A DNA stretch of 64,000 nucleotides, taken from positions 62,001-126,000 of the forward strand of contig JAUCBJ010006711.1 of assembly GCA_032718475.1 (NCBI GenBank). The letters run 5' to 3'. Made by a program: the position numbers and the translations under genes. This DNA is from Nemertoderma westbladi (taxonomy: Eukaryota; Animalia; Xenacoelomorpha). The notes beneath the pieces are model-generated. The model did not search any database. It had not been told where the DNA came from and saw nothing but the letters and a program-made list of their open reading frames with translations. The number at the start of each line of letters is the position of its first letter. Within the stretch, counting starts at the first letter, position 1. Positions 1 to 14,500 of the stretch are shown here, piece after piece.

Positions 1-1950
1 AAATTATCTTATTGCTCAAATGTGAGGCAATGGAAAATTCTGTTAGGATTCCATGTCCCAGATTAGTGTAAGGGCCGGATTGCGTTGAACGATGAGCTGG
101 GCCAATCATAGGGCATAAAGCACTTTATTGCTCAAATGTGAAGCTGTGGAAAATTCTGTTTGGTTTCCATGTGCGATATTTAGTATAAAAGGCCGGTTTG
201 CCTTCGGTTATCACTTCTACTTCTTGTAAAATTTACCCTTCTTAGTTTATTTGGTTTCTTGTTGAAACTTTGTTTGATAAATCCTTTGTAAAACTGTAAA
301 TATACTGCAAATTCCTGAACATGTTTTCTTTTGGTCCAACTTTGGGACAGCCAAACATCGGGAAGATGGCAGCCTAGACCGTTAGGCCGTCAGCAACGCA
401 GGGAAAAGATGTCCACAACACGCTAGCACCCACATTGGATTGACCGCGCACCCCCTTTGCCCTTCGAAATGCTCAACTTGCCATGCAGCGCCCGCTTTGT
501 GAGAAAGGTAAGACTTTGTTCGACGCCCTTGCCCGCCGTAAGACCTATAGATCAGGGTAAGCGTGACGCCGTCCTGGACGCCGCAAATTTAGGATCAAAT
601 AATTATATTCAGACAGAAACACCCCCCCCCCCCCCCCCTTTTGTCAGTCCTACGAACCCCTGGGTTAACCTGTACTTCCTACAGGTGCGAACTATTGCCA
701 TTCGTCAGTACGCGAGTACATAGGTACGGACAGCATATGTTCCATAATTTAGTGATTCGTAGTACTGACTGTTTGGTACCAGTTCGCTTTGTAGAACGTA
801 CATTAGTACCCCCCCCCCCCCCCCCCCCTGTCTGGAGTTAGCTATTTGATCAGGCAAGGAGTATTTCTGCTACCGGCACACTGCTTGGCCTAGGGAGGTT
901 TTATTAATATCCTACCGCGCCTTGCCACGTACTGATAGGTATTGCTGCTAACTACCGCAGCAACAAAGTTCTAGAATTAAATTAGTATACCAGATCAGCT
1001 AGCGTACGGTAGCGATTAACCCCTATTTCTTATCTTACAACCAGAATCTGGTAGTAGTGCCGATCACGGGTGTAGTTACTATACCGTGGTTGCCCATTGG
1101 GTTGTGGATAGGAAGGAGAGAGCTTTGACGTCATTTGTGAGTATAAAGTTCTACAAAACGCGACTAGTTTATTTTAGTAGTTAGCACACGGTATCATTTC
1201 GGTCAGAAAATCACTAAAACCTAGTAAAAAGGAAATACACGAAATTGTTTTATTTGTAACACACCCACACACACACGCCCTAAATCATATTCGCCCTTAG
1301 AGTTATACTAGCTATAGCGCACTATACATTATTTTAGGTAGAAATTATCTGTATTTGTAAAATTAGGATCTGATATTTAGTTACGGCAAGAAGGAGTATT
1401 TCACTTTCGTTATTAAACTGTTGTTTTCTGCGCAGCAGTATTGTTACATTTAGGCCTGACCCTTTAGACTGATTTCGTACAGGGGGATCAGTTATTGTTA
1501 CATTAGGCACGACCCCTTTCGACTGATTTAGGACTGAATCAGTGTTGTTACGCTAGGTCTGTTAACCCACTAGCTCGTATATAAACCATATAAATCACAC
1601 CGCGGCAAGTTACTGTATTTAGGACTGTCAGTGATAGTTAGGATTCGCTGCGCGGGGATTGTTTTCCCGTGAGTTTGGTCTGTTACTGTAACTGTACATC
1701 TGCCTCACCGGTTAGAGGACAGGTATCCTTTTGTCTAGTACGTAGGCATTAGACCCGCTCACGTACATAGAATAGATACTAGGCTCTGTTCCTCGCCAGT
1801 AGTCGTTTGTGTATTGTATCTGTTTGTTTAGATATCCTGGACTGGGATTTGTTGTCAGATACTGTACGAGCCCGTATACATTACTAGAGTCTCATAGTAA
1901 GATACATCGTTACTAGGATCTGGTAAGCGGTATACTACTGGACCCTTACA
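1..1950 (+). mobile_element. Partial LTR (3' or solo) of the same BEL/Pao family as 24588-43174, opposite orientation, cut by the window edge
   Basis: Close reverse-complement match (with substitutions and indels) to 24588-~26498; ends ...GACCCTTACA at 1950, followed directly by satellite with no PBS. Confidence 0.9.
184..216 (+). promoter_or_regulatory. Putative LTR Pol II core promoter (TATA + Inr)
   Basis: TATAAAA at 184-190 and TCACTT at 211-216 (A is 29 nt from the TATA start); CCAAT near 102 and a ~115-bp direct repeat upstream; same layout in the second LTR (~26285-26316, minus strand). Confidence 0.55.
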
Positions 1951-4022
1951 GAAGTATTAAAGCCATGTCAAAATCATTGGTGTTTTTCTGCAATAATTTA
2001 TCAAAATATCCTCTGATTTTTTTCAAAAACCCATCGATTTTATTATTTATAACTTCTATCCCACTCCACGAGATAGAGAATCTTAAATGAACGTCAAAAG
2101 AACAGGTAACACTTACATTTATAGCAGTAATCAGCTGTTATTTGCTACGTCTTTCCGCTGGAGATGGATGAATTTTGATTGCGTTGGAACACCCCCTATC
2201 TGTGGCTGTCTGAGAGGAGAGATAAGTAGCCTATCTCCCTGTTAATATTGTTGTGTTCTAGAATATTTATTATAGTTTCATCGTATTGCCAAAGTGACTA
2301 GAGCTGAAGTTGACTCATAATACAATAATTCACCTCAAATATCTCAGCTATTTCATGAACATAATGAAGTATTAAATCCATGTCAAATTCCTTGGTATTT
2401 TTCTGCAATAATTTATCAAAATATCCTCTGATTTTTTTCAAAAACCATATCAATTTTCATATTTATAACTTCTATCCCACTCAACGAGATAAAGTATCTT
2501 AAATGAAAGTCAAAAGAACAGGTAACACTTACATTTATAGAAGTAATCAGCTGTTATTTGCTTCGTCTTTCCGCTGGAGATGGATGAATTTTGATTGTGT
2601 CAGAACACCCCTATCTGTGGCTGTCTGAGTTGAGAGATAAGTAGCCTATCTCCCTATTAATATTGTTGTGTTCTAGAATATTTATTATAGTTTCATGGCA
2701 TTGCTAAAGTGGCTGGAGCTAAAGTTATTATGTAATGCAATAATTCACCTCAAATATCTCAGCTATTTCATGAACATAATGAAGTATTAAATCCATGTCA
2801 AAATCCTTGGTATTTTTCTGCAATAATTTATCAAAATATCCTCTGATTTTTTTCAAAAACCATATCAATTCCCATTCCACTCCACGAGATAAAGAATCTT
2901 AAATGAAAGTCAAAAGAACAGGTAACACTTACATTTATAGAAGTAATCAGCTGTTATTTGCTACGTCTTTCCACTGGAGATGGATGAATTTTGATTGTGT
3001 CAGAACACCCCCTATCTGTGGCTGTCTGAGTTGAGAAATAAGTAGCCTATCTCCCTATTAATATTGTTGTGTTCTAGAATATTTATTATAGTTTCATCGT
3101 ATTGCTAAAGTGGCTGGAGCTAAAGTTATTATGTAATGCAATAATTCACCTCAAATATCTCAGCTATTTCATGGACATAATGAAGTATTAAAGCCATGTC
3201 AAAATCCTTGGTGTTTTTCTGCAATAATTTATCAAAATATCCTCTGATTTTTTACAAAAACCATATCGATTTTCATATTTATATCTTCTATCCCACTCCA
3301 CGAGATAGAGAATCTTAAATGAACGTCAAAAGAACAGGTAACACTTACATTTATAGCAGTAATCAGCTGTTATTTGCTACGTCTTTCCGCTGGAGATGGA
3401 TGAATTTTGATTGCGTTGGAACACCCCCTATCTGTGGCTGTCTGAGAGGAGAGATAAGTAGCCTATCTCCCTGTTAATATTGTTGTGTTCTAGAATATTT
3501 ATTATAGTTTCATCGTATTGCCAAAGTGACTAGAGCTGAAGTTGACTCATAATACAATAATTCACCTCAAATATCTCAGCTATTTCATGAACATAATGAA
3601 GTATTAAAGCCATGTCAAAATCATTGGTGTTTTTCTGCAATAATTTATCAAAATATCCTCTGATTTTTTTCAAAAACCCATCGATTTTCTTATTTATAAC
3701 TTCTATCCCACTCCACGAGATAGAGAATCTTAAATGAACGTCAAAAGAACAGGTAACACTTACATTTATGGCAGTAATCAGCTGTTATTTGCTACGTCTT
3801 TCCGCTGGAGATGGATGAATTTTGATTGCGTTGGAACACCCCATATCTGTGGCTGTCTGAGAGGAGAGATAAGTAGCCTATCTCCCTGTTAATATTGTTG
3901 TGTTCTAGAATATTTATTATAGTTTCATCGTATTGCCAAAGTGACTAGAGCTGAAGTTGACTCATAATACAATAATTCACCTCAAATATCTCAGCTATTT
4001 CATGAACATGATGAAGTATTAA
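1951..4022. repeat. ~416-bp satellite array, block 1
   Basis: Tandem units ...CCATGTCAAA... recurring every 415-416 bp, with one 401-bp variant. Confidence 0.98.
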
Positions 4023-5574
4023 CCCTATTAAACCCGGGGGGGGGTCAATATGACCCCCCCCGTGGTTTTTTTATTATAATTCTGAAACAAAAGCAGTTGG
4101 GAATCTGAAACTTTCTGACTTTTCCTAAAAATATATTATCTTCCTAGTAGTGAAAACCGTTTTCAAAAATATTGCGTACTTTTCGAGTTATAGCACCATT
4201 TTTTAACCCTACTTTTGGCACTTTTTTTGAGACGTTTTTTGAAAATTACATTTCATTAAATATGAATTGTAACATCTCTATTTTCGATTTACACCGGTTT
4301 TTTGGTGTTAGAAATTGGATGGAATTCATATAAATTGATTTAGAAATTTTAAACTTGTTTTTTTCTGTGGGTGCCAAATTTTGGTGCCAGCACCAAATTT
4401 TGAAATATGTCAATTTTGTAAATTGATTATTTGAAACTTGATTTTTACGCAATTGGGGTTTTTTGGGGTTCTGGATTCGATGAAATATATACGAGTTGCA
4501 CTAAGCGTATCAAACTTGTATTTTTCGGTGCTGTGTGCAAATTTTGGTGCTAGCACGAAATTTTGAAAATCCATTCAATAGATAAAATTGCTTGTGACAA
4601 TTTATTTCTTGCGTTTTAGAGGTTTATGGCTGTTCTGAATTCAATGGAATATATAATTATCGAACTAGACATCTCAAACTTGTATTTTTCGGATGTGGGT
4701 GCAAATTGTGGTGCCAGCACCAAATTTTGAAAACCATCAAATATATCAATTGATTGTGTCACCTTGTTTCTTGCGTTATACGGGTTTGTGATGGTTCTGA
4801 ATTCAATGGAAGCAGTAAAAATTTCATAGGAGTTCTCAAACTTGTATTTTTCGCCGTTGGGTGAAAATTGTTGTGCCAGCACCAAATTTTGGAAAATATG
4901 CAAATTGATCAGTAGATAGTTTCACCTCGTTTCTTGCGTTATACGGGTTTATGAGGGTCCTGAATCCGATGGAATCAATAAAAACAGCACTGGACATCGC
5001 AAACTTGTACATTTTGGTGATGGGTACGAAATTTGGTGCTAGCACCAAAATTTGCCAAATTACGCCGAAAAATACAAGTAGCAATGATCTAGCATATTTG
5101 AAATGTATTCCATTAGAATCAGCGCCCTCGAAAACCTGAAAATGTGAATTTATAGCATAGTATAAGTGAATTCAAAATTTTGTGTTCTAACTGAAAAGTG
5201 CTGGTTACTTGTTTTTTTCATTTTTTTCCTACGCAGAGAGGTCTAAACAGCCATTTATAGTAATCATATCATTTTAAAATATTTTCCAATGTATTTTGCA
5301 CCCCAGAAAATCTGTATTGAAAAATAATTAGCCGAAAATGTAACTTTCAAATTTTGTGAAAATTGTGCACTACTTGTAATTTTGGTGCTGCAATATAACC
5401 ACCCCAGTACATTATTTCGAAATTTTTTTTTTTCGGACGGATCCAGGCAAGTGATACCTACGTACAAACAAAAAATCAGACGTCTTCGTAAATATTTGTA
5501 GATTTTAGAGGGAGGGGTCAATATGACCCCCCCCCGGTATTTGTACAACATTTTATAGCCCGGTACTAATAGGG
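4023..5574. mobile_element. Non-autonomous piggyBac-like DNA transposon (1552 bp)
   Basis: TTAA duplicated at 4019-4022 and 5575-5578; imperfect 16-bp TIRs CCCTATTAAACCCGGG / CCCGGTACTAATAGGG; subterminal palindrome GGGGTCAATATGACCCC at both ends; no transposase ORF. Confidence 0.92.
4300..5060. repeat. Internal ~162-bp degenerate tandem repeat (~5 units) of the piggyBac-like element
   Basis: AAACTTGT at ~4351, 4512, 4676, 4838 and 5001, each followed by a palindrome like AAATTTTGGTGCCAGCACCAAATTT. Confidence 0.85.
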
Positions 5575-8500
5575 TTAAATCCATGTCAAATTCCTTGGTA
5601 TTTTTCTGCAATAATTTATCAAAATATCCTCTGATTTTTTTCAAAAACCATATCAATTTTCATATTTATAACTTCTATCCCACTCAACGAGATAGAGAAT
5701 CTTAAATGAACGTCAAAAGAACAGGTAACACTTACATTTATAGCAGTAATCAGCTGTTATTTGCTTCGTCTTTCCGCTGGAGATGGATGAATTTTGATTG
5801 TGTCAGAACACCCCTATCTGTGGCTGTCTGAGTTTAGAGATAAGTAGCCTATCTCCCTATTAATATTGTTGTGTTCTAGAATATTTATTATAGTTTCATG
5901 GCATTGCTAAAGTGGCTGGAGCTAAAGTTATTATGTAATGCAATAATTCACCTCAAATATCTCAGCTATTTCATGAACATAATGAAGTATTAAATCCATG
6001 TCAAAATCCTTGGTATTTTTCTGCAATAATTTATCAAAATATCCTCTGATTTTTTTCAAAAACCATATCAATTCCCATTCCACTCCACGAGATAAAGAAT
6101 CTTAAATGAAAGTCAAAAGAACAGGTAACACTTACATTTATAGAAGTAATCAGCTGTTATTTGCTACGTCTTTCCACTGGAGATGGATGAATTTTGATTG
6201 TGTCAGAACACCCCCTATCTGTGGCTGTCTGAGTTGAGAAATAAGTAGCCTATCTCCCTATTAATATTGTTGTGTTCTAGAATATTTATTATAGTTTCAT
6301 CGTATTGCTAAAGTGGCTGGAGCTAAAGTTATTATGTAATGCAATAATTCACCTCAAATATCTCAGCTATTTCATGGACATAATGAAGTATTAAAGCCAT
6401 GTCAAAATCCTTGGTGTTTTTCTGCAATAATTTATCAAAATATCCTCTGATTTTTTACAAAAACCATATCGATTTTCATATTTATATCTTCTATCCCACT
6501 CCACGAGATAGAGAATCTTAAATGAACGTCAAAAGAACAGGTAACACTTACATTTATAGCAGTAATCAGCTGTTATTTGCTACGTCTTTCCGCTGGAGAT
6601 GGATGAATTTTGATTGCGTTGGAACACCCCCTATCTGTGGCTGTCTGAGAGGAGAGATAAGTAGCCTATCTCCCTGTTAATATTGTTGTGTTCTAGAATA
6701 TTTATTATAGTTTCATCGTATTGCCAAAGTGACTAGAGCTGAAGTTGACTCATAATACAATAATTCACCTCAAATATCTCAGCTATTTCATGAACATGAT
6801 GAAGTATTAAATCCATGTCAAATTCCTTGGTATTTTTCTGCAATAATTTATCAAAATATCCTCTGATTTTTTTCAAAAACCATATCAATTTTCATATTTA
6901 TAACTTCTATCCCACTCAACGAGATAGAGAATCTTAAATGAACGTCAAAAGAACAGGTAACACTTACATTTATAGCAGTAATCAGCTGTTATTTGCTTCG
7001 TCTTTCCGCTGGAGATGGATGAATTTTGATTGTGTCAGAACACCCCTATCTGTGGCTGTCTGAGTTTAGAGATAAGTAGCCTATCTCCCTATTAATATTG
7101 TTGTGTTCTAGAATATTTATTATAGTTTCATGGCATTGCTAAAGTGGCTGGAGCTAAAGTTATTATGTAATGCAATAATTCACCTCAAATATCTCAGCTA
7201 TTTCATGAACATAATGAAGTATTAAATCCATGTCAAAATCCTTGGTATTTTTCTGCAATAATTTATCAAAATATCCTCAGATTTTTTTCAAAAACCATAT
7301 CAATTCCCATTCCACTCCACGAGATAAAGAATCTTAAATGAAAGTCAAAAGAACAGGTAACACTTACATTTATAGAAGTAATCAGCTGTTATTTGCTACG
7401 TCTTTCCACTGGAGATGGATGAATTTTGATTGTGTCAGAACACCCCCTATCTGTGGCTGTCTGAGTTGAGAAATAAGTAGCCTATCTCCCTATTAATATT
7501 GTTGTGTTCTAGAATATTTATTATAGTTTCATCGTATTGCTAAAGTGGCTGGAGCTAAAGTTATTATGTAATGCAATAATTCACCTCAAATATCTCAGCT
7601 ATTTCATGGACATAATGAAGTATTAAAGCCATGTCAAAATCCTTGGTGTTTTTCTGCAATAATTTATCAAAATATCCTCTGATTTTTTACAAAAACCATA
7701 TCGATTTTCATATTTATATCTTCTATCCCACTCCACGAGATAGAGAATCTTAAATGAACGTCAAAAGAACAGGTAACACTTACATTTATAGCAGTAATCA
7801 GCTGTTATTTGCTACGTCTTTCCGCTGGAGATGGATGAATTTTGATTGCGTTGGAACACCCCCTATCTGTGGCTGTCTGAGAGGAGAGATAAGTAGCCTA
7901 TCTCCCTGTTAATATTGTTGTGTTCTAGAATATTTATTATAGTTTCATCGTATTGCCAAAGTGACTAGAGCTGAAGTTGACTCATAATACAATAATTCAC
8001 CTCAAATATCTCAGCTATTTCATGAACATAATGAAGTATTAAAGCCATGTCAAAATCATTGGTGTTTTTCTGCAATAATTTATCAAAATATCCTCTGATT
8101 TTTTTCAAAAACCCATCGATTTTCTTATTTATAACTTCTATCCCACTCCACGAGATAGAGAATCTTAAATGAACGTCAAAAGAACAGGTAACACTTACAT
8201 TTATAGCAGTAATCAGCTGTTATTTGCTACGTCTTTCCGCTGGAGATGGATGAATTTTGATTGCGTTGGAACACCCCATATCTGTGGCTGTCTGAGAGGA
8301 GAGATAAGTAGCCTATCTCCCTGTTAATATTGTTGTGTTCTAGAATATTTATTATAGTTTCATCGTATTGCCAAAGTGACTAGAGCTGAAGTTGACTCAT
8401 AATACAATAATTCACCTCAAATATCTCAGCTATTTCATGAACATGATGAAGTATTAAATCCATGTCAAATTCCTTGGTATTTTTCTGCAATAATTTATCA

Positions 8501-11500
8501 AAATATCCTCTGATTTTTTTCAAAAACCATATCAATTTTCATATTTATAACTTCTATCCCACTCAACGAGATAGAGAATCTTAAATGAACGTCAAAAGAA
8601 CAGGTAACACTTACATTTATAGCAGTAATCAGCTGTTATTTGCTACGTCTTTCCGCTGGAGATGGATGAATTTTGATTGCGTTGGAACACACCCTATCTG
8701 TGGCTGTCTGAGAGGAGAGATAAGTAGCCTATCTCCCTGTTAATATTGTTGTGTTCTAGAATATTTATTATAGTTTCATCGTATTGCCAAAGTGACTAGA
8801 GCTGAAGTTGACTCATAATACAATAATTCACCTCAAATATCTCAGCTATTTCATGAACATAATGAAGTATTAAATCCATGTCAAATTCCTTGGTATTTTT
8901 CTGCAATAATTTATGAAAATATCCTCTGATTTTTTTCAAAAACCATATCAATTTTCATATTTATAACTTCTATCCCACTCAACGAGATAAAGTATCTTAA
9001 ATGAAAGTCAAAAGAACAGGTAACACTTACATTTATAGAAGTAATCAGCTGTTATTTGCTTCGTCTTTCCGCTGGAGATGGATGAATTTTGATTGTGTCA
9101 GAACACCCCTATCTGTGGCTGTCTGAGTTGAGAGATAAGTAGCCTATCTCCCTATTAATATTGTTGTGTTCTAGAATATATATTATAGTTTCATGGCATT
9201 GCTAAAGTGGCTGGAGCTAAAGTTATTATGTAATGCAATAATTCACCTCAAATATCTCAGCTATTTCATGAACATAATGAAGTATTAAATCCATGTCAAA
9301 ATCCTTGGTATTTTTCTGCAATAATTTATCAAAATATCCTCTGATTTTTTTCAAAAACCATATCAATTCCCATTCCACTCCACGAGATAAAGAATCTTAA
9401 ATGAAAGTCAAAAGAACAGGTAACACTTACATTTATAGAAGTAATCAGCTGTTATTTGCTACGTCTTTCCACTGGAGATGGATGAATTTTGATTGTGTCA
9501 GAACACCCCCTATATGTGGCTGTCTGAGTTGAGAAATAAGTAGCCTATCTCCCTATTAATATTGTTGTGTTCTAGAATATTTATTATAGTTTCATCGTAT
9601 TGCTAAAGTGGCTGGAGCTAAAGTTATTATGTAATGCAATAATTCACCTCAAATATCTCAGCTATTTCATGGACATAATGAAGTATTAAAGCAATGTCAA
9701 AATCCTTGGTGTTTTTCTGCAATAATTTATCAAAATATCCTCTGATTTTTTACAAAAACCATATCGATTTTCATATTTATATCTTCTATCCCACTCCACG
9801 AGATAGAGAATCTTAAATGAACGTCAAAAGAACAGGTAACACTTACATTTATAGCAGTAATCAGCTGTTATTTGCTACGTCTTTCCGCTGGAGATGGATG
9901 AATTTTGATTGCGTTGGAACACCCCCTATCTGTGGCTGTCTGAGAGGAGAGATAAGTAGCCTATCTCCCTGTTAATATTGTTGTGTTCTAGAATATTTAT
10001 TATAGTTTCATCGTATTGCCAAAGTGACTAGAGCTGAAGTTGACTCATAATACAATGATTCACCTCAAATATCTCAGCTATTTCATGAACATAATGAAGT
10101 ATTAAAGCCATGTCAAAATCATTGGTGTTTTTCTGCAATAATTTATCAAAATATCCTCTGATTTTTTTCAAAAACCCATCGATTTTCTTATTTATAACTT
10201 CTATCCCACTCCACGAGATAGAGAATCTTAAATGAACGTCAAAAGAACAGGTAACACTTACATTTATAGCAGTAATCAGCTGTTATTTGCTACGTCTTTC
10301 CGCTGGAGATGGATGAATTTTGATTGCGTTGGAACACACCCTATCTGTGGCTGTCTGAGAGGAGAGATAAGTAGCCTATCTCCCTGTTAATATTGTTGTG
10401 TTCTAGAATATTTATTATAGTTTCATCGTATTGCCAAAGTGACTAGAGCTGAAGTTGACTCATAATACAATAATTCACCTCAAATATCTCAGCTATTTCA
10501 TGAACATAATGAAGTATTAAATCCATGTCAAATTCCTTGGTATTTTTCTGCAATAATTTATCAAAATATCCTCAGATTTTTTTCAAAAACCATATCAATT
10601 TTCATATTTATAACTTCTATCCCACTCAACGAGATAAAGTATCTTAAATGAAATTCAAAAGAACAGGTAACACTTACATTTATAGAAGTAATCAGCTGTT
10701 ATTTGCTTCGTCTTTCCGCTGGAGATGGATGAATTTTGATTGTGTCAGAACACCCCTATCTGTGGCTGTCTGAGTTGAGAGATAAGTAGCCTATCTCCCT
10801 ATTAATATTGTTGTGTTCTAGAATATTTATTATAGTTTCATCGCATTGCTAAAGTGGCTGGAGCTAAAGTTATTATGTAATGCAATAATTCACCTCAAAT
10901 ATCTCAGCTATTTCATGAACATAATGAAGTATTAAATCCATGTCAAAATCCTTGGTATTTTTCTGCAATAATTTATCAAAATATCCTCTGATTTTTTTAA
11001 AAAACCATATCAATTCCCATTCCACTCCACGAGATAAAGAATCTTAAATGAAAGTCAAAAGAACAGGTAACACTTACATTTATAGAAGTAATCAGCTGTT
11101 ATTTGCTACGTCTTTCCACTGGAGATGGATGAATTTTGATTGTGTCAGAACACCCCCTATATGTGGCTGTCTGAGTTGAGAAATAAGTAGCCTATCTCCC
11201 TATTAATATTGTTGTGTTCTAGAATATTTATTATAGTTTCATCGTATTGCTAAAGTGGCTGGAGCTAAAGTTATTATGTAATGCAATAATTCACCTCAAA
11301 TATCTCAGCTATTTCATGGACATAATGAAGTATTAAAGCCATGTCAAAATCCTTGGTGTTTTTCTGCAATAATTTATCAAAATATCCTCTGATTTTTTAC
11401 AAAAACCATATCGATTTTCATATTTATATCTTCTATCCCACTACACGAGATAGAGAATCTTAAATGATCGTCAAAAGAACAGGTAACACTTACATTTATA

Positions 11501-14500
11501 GCAGTAATCAGCTGTTATTTGCTATGTCTTTCCGCTGGAGATGGATGAATTTTGATTGCGTTGGAACACCCCCTATCTGTGGCTGTCTGAGAGGAGAGAT
11601 AAGTAGCCTATCTCCCTGTTAATATTGTTGTGTTCTAGAATATTTATTATAGTTTCATCGTATTGCCAAAGTGACTAGAGCTGAAGTTGACTCATAATAC
11701 AATAATTCACCTCAAATATCTCAGCTATTTCATGAACATAATGAAGTATTAAAGCCATGTGAAAATCATTGGTGTTTTTCTGCAATAATTTATCAAAATA
11801 TCCTCTGATTTTTTTCAAAAACCCATCGATTTTCTTATTTATAACTTCTATCCCACTCCACGAGATAGAGAATCTTAAATGAACGTCAAAAGAACAGGTA
11901 ACACTTACATTTATAGCAGTAATCAGCTGTTATTTGCTACGTCTTTCCGCTGGAGATGGATGAATTTTGATTGCGTTGGAACACCCCCTATCTGTGGCTG
12001 TCTGAGAGGAGAGATAAGTAGCCTATCTCCCTGTTAATATTGTTGTGTTCTAGAATATTTATTATAGTTTCATCGTATTGCCAAAGTGACTAGAGCTGAA
12101 GTTGACTCATAATACAATAATTCACCTCAAATATCGCAGCTATTTCATGAACATGATGAAGTATTAAATCCATGTCAAATTCCTTGGTATTTTTCTGCAA
12201 TAATTTATCAAAATATCCTCTGATTTTTTTCAAAAACCATATCAATTTTCATATTTATAACTTCTATCCCACTCAACGAGATAGAGAATCTTAAATGAAC
12301 GTCAAAAGAACAGGTAACACTTACATTTATAGCAGTAATCAGCTGTTATTTGCTACGTCTTTCCGCTGGAGATGGATGAATTTTGATTGCGTTGGAACAC
12401 ACCCTATCTGTGGCTGTCTGAGAGGAGAGATAAGTAGCCTATCCCCCTGTTAATATTGTTGTGTTCTAGAATATTTATTATAGTTTCATCGTATTGCCAA
12501 AGTGACTAGAGCTGAAGTTGACTCATAATACAATAATTCACCTCAAATATCTCAGCTATTTCATGAACATAATGAAGTATTAAATCCATGTCAAATTCCA
12601 TGGTATTTTTCTGCAATAATTTATCAAAATATGCTCAGATTTTTTTCAAAAACCATATCAATTTTCATATTTATAACTTCTATCCCACTCAACGAGATAA
12701 AGTATCTTAAATGAAAGTCAAAAGAACAGGTAACACTTACATTTATAGAAGTAATCAGCTGTTATTTGCTTCGTCTTTCCGCTGGAGATGGATGAATTTT
12801 GATTGTGTCAGAACACCCCTATCTGTGGCTGTCTGAGTTGAGAGATAAGTAGCCTATCTCCCTATTAATATTGTTGTGTTCTAGAATATTTATTATAGTT
12901 TCATCGCATTGCTAAAGTGGCTGGAGCTAAAGTTATTATGTAATGCAATAATTCACCTCAAATATCTCAGCTATTTCATGAACATAATGAAGTATTAAAT
13001 CCATGTCAAAATCCTTGGTATTTTTCTGCAATTATTTATCAAAATATCCTCTGATTTTTTTCAAAAACCATATCAATTCCCATTCCACTCCACGAGATAA
13101 AGAATCTTAAATGAAAGTCAAAAGAACAGGTAACACTTACATTTATAGAAGTAATCAGCTGTTATTTGCTACGTCTTTCCGCTGGAGATGGATGAATTTT
13201 GATTGCGTTGGAACACCCCCTATCTGTGGCTGTCTGAGAGGAGAGATAAGTAGCCTATCTCCCTGTTAATATTGTTGTGTTCTAGAATATTTATTATAGT
13301 TTCATCGTATTGCCAAAGTGACTAGAGCTGAAGTTGACTCATAATACAATAATTCACCTCAAATATCTCAGCTATTTCATGAACATAATGAAGTATTAAA
13401 TCCATGTCAAAATCCTTGGTGTTTTTCTGCAATAATTTATCAAAATATCCTCTGATTTTTTACAAAAACCATATCGATTTTCATATTTATATCTTCTATC
13501 CCACTCCACGAGATAGAGAATCTTAAATGAACGTCAAAAGAACAGGTAACACTTACATTTATAGCAGTAATCAGCTGTTATTTGCTACGTCTTTCCGCTG
13601 GAGATGGATGAATTTTGATTGCGTTGGAACACCCCCTATCTGTGGCTGTCTGAGAGGAGAGATAAGTAGCCTATCTCCCTGTTAATATTGTTGTGTTCTA
13701 GAATATTTATTATAGTTTCATCGTATTACCAAAGTGACTAGAGCTGAAGTTGACTCATAATACAATAATTCACCTCAAATATCTCAGCTATTTCATGAAC
13801 ATAATGAAGTATTAAATCCATGTCAAAATCCTTGGTGTTTTTCTGCAATAATTTATCAAAATATCCTCTGATTTTTTACAAAAACCATATCGATTTTCAT
13901 ATTTATATCTTCTATCCCACTCCACGAGATAGAGAATCTTAAATGAACGTCAAAAGAACTAACAGGTAACACTTACATTTATAGCAGTAATCAGCTGTTA
14001 TTTGCTACGTCTTTCCGCTGGAGATGGATGAATTTTGATTGCGTTGGAACACCCCCTATCTGTGGCTGTCTGAGAGGAGAGATAAGTAGCCTATCTCCCT
14101 GTTAATATTGTTGTGTTCTAGAATATTTATTATAGTTTCATCGTATTGCCAAAGTGACTAGAGCTGAAGTTAACTCATAATACAATAATTCACCTCAAAT
14201 ATCTCAGCTATTTCATGAACATAACGAAGTATTAAAGCCATGTCAAAATCATTGGTGTTTTTCTGCAATAATTTATCAAAATATCCTCTGATTTTTTTCA
14301 AAAACCCATCGATTTTCTTATTTATAACTTCTATCCCACTCCACGAGATAGAGAATCTTAAATGAACGTCAAAAGAACAGGTAACACTTACATTAATAGC
14401 AGTAATCAGCTGTTATTTGCTACGTCTTTCCGCTGGAGATGGATGAATTTTGATTGCGTTGGAACACCCCCTATCTGTGGCTGTCTGAGAGGAGAGATAA

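Noticed and set aside
457-841. Short LTR ORFs with poly-proline (also 25642-25839 and 24630-24854)
   Set aside because: Short, poly-Pro comes from C tracts, and they are shared only because the LTRs are homologous
2209-2245. Satellite hairpin GAGATA-agtagcc-TATCTC after CTGAG as a hammerhead ribozyme
   Set aside because: No CUGANGA core and no GAAA after the stem
4246-5656. ORFs within the piggyBac-like element as transposase
   Set aside because: Short, repeat-derived, no DDD motifs
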